Under the pieces are notes generated by a model, which saw only the letters and a program-made list of their open reading frames with translations, was not told the DNA's origin and made no database searches. The translations under genes and the position numbers were made by a program. A DNA stretch of 54,310 nt, the filler included, from Malassezia furfur (taxonomy: Eukaryota): the NCBI GenBank assembly GCA_052055015.1. It is 2 parts of 2 records of this genome, joined end to end, with 100 filler letters (N's around TTAATTAATTAA, not from the genome) between each part and the next. Parts side by side here need not be neighbours in the genome. Positions count along the whole stretch, not along the records: positions 27,334 to 54,310 come from JBQJIT010000119.1; 1 more part is not named here. One strand, written 5' to 3'. Of this stretch, positions 45,856 to 54,310 are shown piece by piece. Numbering within the stretch: position 1 is the stretch's first letter; every line of letters starts with the position of its first letter.

Positions 45856-46586
45856 ATGACTCAGAAATTAGTGTTGCTGACTGTCCTTTTCGTACTCCAC
45901 CGCGCCGGCGCTTGGCAGCGTGCACGTCCCATGCAGATCCCCATTCTCCCTGAGCCGTTCCAGAGTGTAGGTGATTCGCTGACACAGATCATTGCGTACT
46001 TTACGTCGACGCCCATCAATGCTGGGCTAACCGGCCTGCTGTTGCTGTCGCTCTTCTGGCTGTTCTATGTGCCGCACCCGCTCGGCGAAGACTTTACGCC
46101 GCCCGTGTCGCAGGCGCGCCAGCGGCTCGACACGAGCTCGGCGTACACCGCGCTGCCGCTTGACCACCCCAAGTCGATCGAATTTGTCTCGTACACGCCC
46201 AAGACGCTCGCGCTGTTCGACGGGACAGGCAGTGAGCAGTCGCCGGACGGCAGCAAGATTCTCCTGGCGATCAACGGCAAGGTGTTTGACGTGTCGTCCG
46301 GGCGCAACTTTTACGGACCGGGTGGCCCGTACGGCAACTTTGCGGGCCGCGACGCGTCGCGCGGAATGGCCAAGCAGTCGTTTGATCTGTGTACGTGGAC
46401 CGCTGACCCAGCCATGTTGACGCCCCTCGACCAGCCGATCGACCCGCTCGAGGACCTCACGGACAGTGAGCGGTACGTCTACGACCTGATGCCAGGAAAA
46501 ACATGTTTGACTGGGAGTCGCATTTCGCCGGCAAGTACGGCATCGTGGGCGAGCTGGTCAACGAGGGCCAGGCCGCGCGCAAGTAG
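45856..46586 (+). CDS. DAP1: Membrane-associated progesterone receptor / cytochrome b5-like heme protein; 4 exons
   Basis: ILLAINGKVFDVS.GRNFYGPGGPYGNFAGRDASRG, W..HF.GKY.IVG.L. Introns 45967-45987, 46391-46411, 46473-46495. Start may instead be 45931. Confidence 0.9.
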
Positions 46587-46624
46587 TCCGCCGCCCGGCA
46601 CCGCCGATCGGACGAGTTTTGTAG

Positions 46625-48061
46625 ATGTGGAGGCCTGTGTGGCGTTGCGACATGCTTCGGTGCAGCGCCGCCAGCGCCGAGCGCTGGCGCCGGGCTGCTT
46701 GGCCGCCCGCGTCCGCGCGCGGCACGCAGAGCGCCTCGGCCAAGCTGTTCCGCGACGCTGAGGCGGAGGAGGACGCTGAGCAGCGCGCACGTGCGCGATT
46801 GCGCCGCGCGCAGCGTGCGTCGGAGCCGGTGTGGACGGGCGACGAGCGCATCGAGGACACGGTGCTGCGCATGCTCGAGCACAAGTACAAGCCAATGCGT
46901 CGTGGCGAGGATGGGCGTGCGGCGGAAAAGAAGCGGCTCGAGCGCGTGCCGCGGCCCACCGTGCGGCCGCGCACGGCGCAGGACGAGGTGGGCGCCAACG
47001 GCGTGGTAATCCGGCGCACGGGCGACAATCCGTGGGACCTGTTCTACTCTGCGCAGCCCAAAAAGGAGTCGCGCGTGTACCGCGGGCGCACGGACATCGA
47101 CCTGAAGCCGCCCGGCTCCGAGATGAAGCAGCAGCTCGACAAGATGGGCATGTCGGCACAGCACCTCCCGCGCGACGACCCCAAGGCGATGGGCAAGATC
47201 CGCGACACGCTGCGCAGCTCGGCGGTGCGCGACCGGATCAAGACGGCGGTCGACAAGTCGGTTCGGTACCCCGACCGCAAGAGGCCCGCCGCAGCCGCGG
47301 CCGACGACGACGACGACGGCGACCACAAGCCGCTGCTCGGCGTCGTGAGCACGGCCAAGGGCATGGCGGGCATCGCCGAGATGAAGATCGAGGAGGCGCT
47401 GCGCAAGGGCACCTTCCAGAACAATTCGCTGCGTGGCAAGCCGATCCCGTACGACTACAATGAGGGCAATGCGCACTTGGGCCGCGAAGAGTTCCTGCTG
47501 AACCGCATGGTGCAGCGGCAGAACGCCGCACCGCCGTTTGTCGAGATGAACATGGACATGAAGAGCGAGGAGCGCGCGCTGCGGCAGCGCATCCAGGCCG
47601 CGTGGATCTGCCGCGCGCTCATCCGCTTGGAGCAGAGCGGCGCATACCAGCGCATGGAGCCCGTCGCCGTCGTCTGGGAGGAGGACGAGGCGAAGCCGAG
47701 CGAGCTGCCGGCGTACTCGTTCGACGTCTCGACCGACGGCCAGCGCGCGACCGTCGCGTGGGCGCGCGACTTCCGCGACGGGCGCTGGGTGCAGGAGCAG
47801 GCGGCGTACCATGCGGCGGCCGTCCAGCAGCTGAACCAGGTGATCCGCCGCTACAATCACATTGCGCCTTACTTTGCGCGCAGATTACTCTATACCAAGG
47901 AAAGTTTCGTGCAGGACGCGCTCGACCGCGCGTTTCCGCTGCTCGTCGAGGCCGCCAGCGCGCGCCTACGCGGCATGCGTGCGACCGGCCAGGCCGCCGC
48001 GCCGGCGGCGGAGCGCCCACGCGCGTCGTGGTGGGCGTGGATCCGCGGCGGGCCCGCATAG
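46625..48061 (+). CDS. DUF1992 (DNAJC28-like domain) protein, probably mitochondrial
   Basis: WTGDE..EDTVLRML, IAEMKIEEALRKG.F.N..LRGKP, EEFLLNRMVQRQ.AAPPFVE, IRRYN.IAP. Confidence 0.8.
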   Translation: MWRPVWRCDMLRCSAASAERWRRAAWPPASARGTQSASAKLFRDAEAEEDAEQRARARLRRAQRASEPVWTGDERIEDTVLRMLEHKYKPMRRGEDGRAAEKKRLERVPRPTVRPRTAQDEVGANGVVIRRTGDNPWDLFYSAQPKKESRVYRGRTDIDLKPPGSEMKQQLDKMGMSAQHLPRDDPKAMGKIRDTLRSSAVRDRIKTAVDKSVRYPDRKRPAAAAADDDDDGDHKPLLGVVSTAKGMAGIAEMKIEEALRKGTFQNNSLRGKPIPYDYNEGNAHLGREEFLLNRMVQRQNAAPPFVEMNMDMKSEERALRQRIQAAWICRALIRLEQSGAYQRMEPVAVVWEEDEAKPSELPAYSFDVSTDGQRATVAWARDFRDGRWVQEQAAYHAAAVQQLNQVIRRYNHIAPYFARRLLYTKESFVQDALDRAFPLLVEAASARLRGMRATGQAAAPAAERPRASWWAWIRGGPA

Positions 48062-48982
48062 TTACATTACAATACACTGCGTGAGCCACCGCACATACCT
48101 CCTGGTCGTCGCCCGTAGCGCTGCGCGCCATGTCGCGCGTAAAGTCGGCGCTGCCGCCGCCACGCGGGCCAAACAGGTTCACGACGAGCACGCCGTGGTT
48201 CTTGGGGTCGATGTGCGCCGCGATGTTGTACTTGCGCAACAGGTCCTCGACGGCGGGGCGGATCTTGGACACGTGGTCGCGCGAGTGGATGCCCTTGCCG
48301 ACGATGATGCGCAGCTCCGGCACGCCTTGCGCCTGCGCCTGCGCAACGACCTGGTCGACCTTGGCGAGCGCCTCCTTCACGTACAGGCCGTGCACATCAA
48401 TCGTGCCCGGCGGCGAGTCGGCATTGTTCGCGGCATAAATCCAGTCGACCGCCTGCGCGTTGAGCATCTCCATCTGCTGCTTGTGGTAGTTGCCCTCGTC
48501 GCTGAGCTGCTTCGCCCGCGCGTGGTCGCCGTGGCTGTACGCGGACTTGGACTGGTCAAAGCACTTGGACATCTTGTCGCCCTCCGAGCGCGCGCGGTTG
48601 CGCAGCTCCTTGTACTGCGGGTTCTGCGCATTGACGTTGTTGTCGTCGAACGCGTGGATATTGTTCGTGCCGAGAATCGCCTGCGTGTTGGGCGCGGGGC
48701 CGCCCACGACGCCCGTGCCTGGGCCCGCACCGTACGCGGTGCCCTGCGCATAGCCGCCGCCCTGTGCATAGCCGCCGCCCTGCGCGTAGCCGCCGCCCTG
48801 GCCCCAGCCGCCCTGCGCCATGCCCGCGCCCATGCCAGCGCCCATGCCCGCGCCCGCGGCCGTCTGGAACTTGCGCCGCTTCAGCGCACGCAGGAGCTGT
48901 GTGAGCGCACTGCACCTACCTTGCGCCCGATGCGCAAAAACAAACGCCGGTTCGACTTGACAAACCGCAGAATTTCGTCCAT
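48062..48982 (-). CDS. DUF1771 + Smr-domain protein ending in CaaX (CIVM); 3 exons
   Basis: LRNRA..EG..M..CF..S..AY..GD...AK.LS, IDVHGLYVKEA, IIVGKGIHS, KNHGVL. Introns 48897-48919 and 48077-48098. Confidence 0.88.
48740..48860 (-). repeat. Coding Gly-rich repeats (GAGM)n and (GGGYAQ)3
   Basis: 18-bp units gccctgYgcRtagccgcc and 12-bp GAGM units. Confidence 0.8.
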
Positions 48983-49077
48983 ACTCTCGCCAGGCGCGCC
49001 GCGCAGATCAGTGGAGAAAAAACGCGGCGCGCGGCGCGCATATGCATTCATTGTATACACGCCTCCACCTGTCTGCG

Positions 49078-51237
49078 CTACGCGCCGGCTTGGCGCGGCA
49101 GCGGCCCTACCTGGACGCCAGCAGACTGGCGTGGTTTCTGTGCCTTTTCCATGGCCCTGTTGTGCCGTTTCATAGCCCGGCGCCATTTGGATTTTCCGCC
49201 ATGCCGTAGCCGCGTAAGCACCGTGCTCACTGTGCCGAGCGACGCATTCGCCCATGGCGACTCTGTCGCGTCCTCGTCCAGCTCGCCCTTGCTTTTGAGC
49301 TTGTCCTCCAGCATCTGAATAGCCCGCGGCGACGCTGGCCGGCTCCGCCACTGCGCAGTGCGCCGGAGCCACAGAGGCGAGCGCCCCGCCGCATTCGCCA
49401 TTTTGGTCATAAACGTGTCGCAGCCCCGCAGCGCATGCTCAAAGTCCTCGGAACGGAGCACCTGTTTTTTCTGCCAGTACGGCGAGGTGGCGCTCTGGTC
49501 CACCATCCAGTCGGGGTTGCGCGGGTAGTAGGTCCCGACGTATTCCTTGCCGTCGCGCTGCAGCTTGAGGTAGCTCTGGTCCCAGCCCGCGAGCACATAC
49601 GTCTCTTCGCCACAGTCGACCCACGCGTTCGGCGACGTCTTTTGCAACTGGCGGCTCGGCGTCGTCTTCATGGCCGCATACAGCTCGGTAGGATTGTCGT
49701 AGTCGACGAACGCAAACGTCGCCGTGTCCCATGGCGAGTTGAACGAGCGGCGCGGCGCAGCTTGCGCCTCTGAGCGTGCGCGCCATGCATCGGCGCGCGC
49801 GCGGAGCGAGTCGATCGATTCGTCTGCATAAGCGTCTTCCACGCACCCTCGATCGGCTGCTCGTCATACAGCCCAAAGAGTGTCGGTGTGCACACCATAT
49901 CGTTGCTCAGATTCCCCACGAGATCGAGGATCAGGCAGTCCTGCTTGCCCGTGTCAGGGCTCAGGCGCATCCCGCGCCCGATCATTTGCGCAAACAGGTT
50001 CTGCGACTGCGTCGGCCGCGCCAGCAGGACGCAGTCGATTGGCGGGACGTCGGCGCCTTCCGTGAGGATCGCTGCATGAGCCACACACGTACCGCAGTTG
50101 ATCAGCACGGGGAATTCGCCGCGCTGGAATGCTTGGAGCAGTTCCTGGCGCTCGGCGACCGCAACGCCCGAGTGGATGCCGCGCGCATCGATGCCACGCG
50201 CCTGGAACTCGTGCGCAAGGGCATACACATGGTCAATGTTCACTGCAAACACCAGCGTCGACCGCCGTGCGCCGTACGCACGCTGCAGCCACGAGCGCAC
50301 AATCAGCTCGTTGATTGACGGCTCGTTGATCACCTTGGCGAGCGACGCAACGTTGTAGTCCGAGCCCGTGCGCGAGACGCTGGACAGGTCGAATTCGGCG
50401 TGCACGGCCGTAAACCGCAGCGGACACAGCCTGGGTCAGCGGCACAACGCACCACTTCTCGTCCATCATCGCGAGAAAGTCCTTGTGGTACACAATCTCC
50501 TCGTACACCGTGCCAAGCGCCATGCCGTCGTGCCGACTGAACGTTGCCGAGAAGCCGATGATCGGCACGGCGTGCGGCGTGTCTGCCTCGGCGTCGCCCA
50601 CGCGCACGCCGTTGTTAAAATGGGCGAGTACGGATCGGTACGATGCCGAGGTCGAGTGGTGCGCCTCGTCCACAATCACGCACTTGAACCGCGCCGGGTC
50701 GTACTTCTCGAGCCGGTTGGGGCGGCAGATGGACTGTACCGTCGCGACGGTGACGTCAGCGACGCCTGACGCCTTGTGCTTTGTGCCCTGTTCCAGCTCG
50801 AGGCTGAGGTGCGGCAGAATGCGCCGCACCGTCGCGGCCGCCTGCTCGGCCAAGGCCACGGCATTGACGAGGATGAGCACCTGTCCGGCACACCCCGGCG
50901 GCGACGGCATACGGTGTAGGAGCTCGGTAAACATGGTCGTCTTACCGCTGCCCGTCGGCGACGAGACGCCAATCCGGCTGACGCCGCGGCACAGCGCCGC
51001 GAGGCACGTCTCGACACACTCGGCTTGGTACGGCCGGAGGACGACCGCCGGCGCAGGCGGTGCGTCCGCGGCCGCTGCGGCATGCCCGCCCGGCGCGCTC
51101 GGTGCGCGCACGGCGCCCAAGGTCCATAGCATGCGTGTGTAGCAGAGTGGCGCGCACATACGCGCGCCGACGTGCGCCGCGCCGAGTCGCGCGACCGGGC
51201 GCCCCCAGCCGGCCACGACGCGTGCGGCGTGCAGCAT
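49078..51237 (-). CDS. IRC3: Mitochondrial SF2 DNA helicase Irc3; 4 exons
   Basis: LRPYQ, SPTGSGKT, VDEAHH, GFSAT..RHDG, STLVFAV, NCAILTEGAD.P.IDC..LARPT, QMIGRGMR. Introns 50431-50452, 50072-50092, 49824-49846. Confidence 0.92.
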
Positions 51238-51275
51238 ACTGACGCCTCCACATCGATCCGCCCCGCGTACTCGCC

Positions 51276-52378
51276 ATGACGACCCGCCCCGCAACGCACG
51301 CAGGGACCTGGTACTCGGCAGACCGTACGTTGCTTTGCACTCATGCAGCTGCGCAACTCGACCACATGCTTACCGACTGGCTGCGTGCGGCCCAGTCGGC
51401 GTCCGCGACCGATGCGGCGCCGGCCGACGCACAGGTGCCCCGCATTGCACAGCACTCCGTGGTGAAGGGGTGCAAAGCAGTGATCGGCCCGTACGTGGTG
51501 GATGCTGACGCAGGCATGCCGGCTACCGTTTTTCTGGCCCCTCGGCGGCATGGGCATACGGCTGCATTGATCCCGAGAAGATGTACGTCACCCGACACTA
51601 ACGCAGCCGCCGTGTCTTTGTACTGGGCCCCTCGCACCACGCGTACCTGGATGGGTGTGCGCTGAGCCCGTACAAGAAGCTCGAGACGCCGCTCGGCGAC
51701 CTGCGTGTGGACAAAGAGGTGAACGACACGCTGCGTGCCTCGAAACTCTTCCGCCTGATGTCCGACGAGGTGGATGAGGACGAACACAGCATGGAGCTAC
51801 ACTACCCCTACATCCGCAAGGTGTTTGGGGAACGCGACATTTCTGTGATCCCAATCCTCGTGGGTCAACTGTCGGCGGTGAAGGCAGCGCAGTTTGCCGA
51901 GGTGCTTGCCCCCCATGTCGCCGACCCGGCGACGCTGGTGGTCGTCTCGACCGACTTTTGTCACTGGGGCGAGCGCTTCCGCTACACTTACTACCAGGGC
52001 GAGGACGAGGGGACGCCCGTGCTCCTCTCGTCGCGCACGCCGCGCGAGCAGTACGCCAAGCGCCCCATCCACGCGTCCATTGCGGCGCTCGACGCGGCGG
52101 CGATGACCGCCATCTCGTATAGCCCTACGCCGGCGGCGCCCGTGGTGCACACGAGCGCAGCAGACGCGCGCAAGGCGTTCACGGCCTACCTGTCGCGCAC
52201 GGGCAACACGATCTGCGGCCGCAACCCGCTGATGCTGCTGCTCGCGACGCTGGCGCAGCTCGAAGCGCAGGACGGCTCGTTTGTGTGCAAGTTCACCCAC
52301 TATGCGCAGAGCGGCGCGGTGCAAGTGCCGAGCGACAGCTCTGTGTCGTATGCGGCAGGCTATGTACAGCAGGTGTAA
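51276..52378 (+). CDS. MEMO1: MEMO1/Mho1-family protein; 4 exons
   Basis: RPATHAGTWY, IGPHAGY..SG, VFVLGPSHH, DEDEHSMEL, STDFCHWG.RF, NTICGR, DSSVSYA. Introns 51325-51348, 51491-51513, 51583-51606. Confidence 0.95.
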
Positions 52379-53898
52379 TTAGTTTTTCTCTTCCATCCAC
52401 GCAGGGCGGCTGTCGTCGCGCATCGCATACACCTCCTGGAGGCGCTCGCGCAGCGCCTGCACTGCCTCCTTGCCGGCGACCAGGTTGCCGTCGCGCATGG
52501 TGTGCACGTTGGAGATGTCGCGGCCCTCGCGTTCGTCGCGCTCGACGCTCTCCACGAGACGCTCCGAGAAGAGCGCCTCGCCCATGAGCGCGATGTGCTG
52601 CCGGTTCTCTGCGACGCCCTCGTACAGCGGGCGCACGTTGGGTGCGTCCCAGCCGATCGCGCCGAGCCCTGCGGCGGCCTCGGGCGCGTCGGGCGCGGCG
52701 TGTGCCTCCTCCCACGCGAGGCAGGGCGCCCAGTCCGCCTGGTCGATGAGCTCCTCGGCGCGGTTCTCAAAGATGCTCTGCATCTGCGACTGCTGCGCCA
52801 TGAGGTCGACGATGCGCGTCTCCGACTTTTCTGCGGCGTCCTCGCCGGCGTTCGGGTCGAGCACCGACTTGGGCACGGGCACCTGCGGGTCAAAGTCGAG
52901 CATGTCGATGTCGAGCCATGCCGGCGCGCCCTTGGCGACCCAGTTCGGCTGCTCGTCGCAGTACAGTGCATATACGAGCAGGTTCGGGTCCCACGCACCT
53001 ACCGCGACGGTCGCGAGCCGGTTGGTATCGCCGTGCGCGCTGTAGCGGAAGCGGACGAGGTGGATCGGCAGCAAAATCGGGTAGCACGCGAGCATGTCGA
53101 CGTCGAGCGAGTCGCGCTCCATGCGCACGACTGCACGCGCGTCCTGGTCGGCGTGCTCGTTGACGTTGGCCACCTGGATCTCGACGCCCGGCAGCAGCTT
53201 GAAGCGCCGGCGGATGTGGAGCGGCGGCCCCTGGGCGAGGAGGTCGACCATGAGCGTGCGCAGGTCGGCGTGCTGCAGCATCGCGGGCAGACTGCACGGC
53301 GACACGTTGAACGGCAGCACGCTGATCTTCCCGTCCACGTCCACGTCCGGGTGCAGGTGCCGCGCGCTCTCAAACGCCGCATAGGGCATCGGCGCATCGG
53401 CGCCCTTGATGAGCGGCATCGGCACCTGCTCCATGGCGGGCGTGCGCAGCGGCGGCGGGCGCAGTGGGAGCGTGTCGAGCGGCTTGTACGCGTTGCCTGG
53501 GAACGCCGAGTTGGTCGAGACGACTGCGTCAGTATGCACACCTACACGTTGCCGTGGCCTGGCCGGCATCGCCGCGGCACCGCATCTTCCACACGCCGTC
53601 GACAGTCTGGGTAAGCAGGGGCGCGACGAACCCAGATCGGATAGTACAGGGCCTGTGCGGACTCGAAGCGCATCACGTCCTCCTCCGACTCGGTCATCCA
53701 GCCGAGCCCGAGCGCCTGCGACACCGCAAAGGCGATGCCGCCCCAGCGCCCCTTGATGGTGGGCAGCAGCTGCTCGAGGGCGCCGAGGCGCGCGCGGTGC
53801 ACGGCGTCCTTGGTGCCGAGCTGGAAATCGAGGGCGCTCACGCGGCTTGCGCGCGCGGCGCGCGCCGACGTGCTCAACGCACGCAACGGCACAAACAT
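52379..53898 (-). CDS. Hypothetical protein with a mitochondrial presequence-like N-terminus; 3 exons
   Basis: MFVPLRALSTSARAARASR; introns 53607-53631 (25 nt) and 53524-53545 (22 nt) join ORF 53898 to ORF 52379-53569 in frame. Confidence 0.7.
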
Positions 53899-53923
53899 GG
53901 TTCGGGGCGCAAAAAAGTGGAGG

Positions 53924-54310
53924 CTATGCGTCGTCGGCGTCGCTCGCGTCGCTCGCGTCGCTCGCGTGCGCAGCGGCGCCCGCGGTGGTCTCTACGACGA
54001 GGTTGGCGCTCCTGCCGAGGTCCGGGAGCGCCTTGAGCGGCGTCGCGAGCTGCGATACGTCCAGCGTGTGCCGCGGGTAGGTCTGCACGAGCTGGAATGC
54101 GTAGGTGTGTACGTAGCCGTCCGGCGGGGCCGGCGCGGCGTCGCCCTCGGCGTCGGCCGTGTCGACGTACGCATACACAGCCTCGAGCGGCGCGTCGCTC
54201 GCGAACCGCCGCTGCAGGTTGCGCCCGCTCGGCAGGTGCACCGACAGGCGCACCGCATCGGCGCCCGCGGGCGGCTCGGCCGGGACAAGGGCCGTGCGCG
54301 CCCAGCGGTG
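53924..54310 (-). CDS. UBX-domain protein C-terminus (Ubx2/FAF2-like; 5' end outside window)
   Basis: EP.....AVRLSVHLPSG..LQRRF...VYAYV...F.LVQTYPR...LVVE. Confidence 0.85.
   Translation of the reverse strand, partial: HRWARTALVPAEPPAGADAVRLSVHLPSGRNLQRRFASDAPLEAVYAYVDTADAEGDAAPAPPDGYVHTYAFQLVQTYPRHTLDVSQLATPLKALPDLGRSANLVVETTAGAAAHASDASDASDADDA

Overview
Eukaryotic, not prokaryotic: a very GC-rich, extremely compact fungal chromosome segment. Gene content, density and splice signals suggest a basidiomycete yeast, most likely Malassezia (inference; species not determinable). I reconstruct 38 protein-coding genes, mostly housekeeping (myosin V, Whi5-like, TRAPPC12-like, FUN14, PHF5A/RDS3, a MAPK, tropomyosin, UBC9, SDH1, MIC19, RQT4, JHD1, THOC1, Y14, UBI3, LAMMER kinase, TUL1-like, TAF1, TatD, CSN2, YJU2-family, RAM2, DAP1, IRC3, MEMO1, UBX and others). 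A 100-nt scaffold gap with an artificial TTAATTAATTAA linker lies at 27234-27333. No rRNA, tRNA, transposon or CRISPR array was recognised. The main signal is splicing: 53 GT-AG introns inferred by hand from reading-frame and motif restoration have a median of 23 nt, 32 are 21-23 nt, none is shorter than 21 nt, and none has a polypyrimidine tract. Other leads: a stem-rich candidate structured RNA at ~17740-18265, a CaaX box created only by removing a 22-nt intron, a MAPK with a ~90-aa activation-loop insertion, an apparently chimeric TUL1 ORF, a secreted His/Ser-rich protein, and 0-55 bp intergenic spacers often containing CACGTG. All family assignments come from recalled motifs, not database searches.
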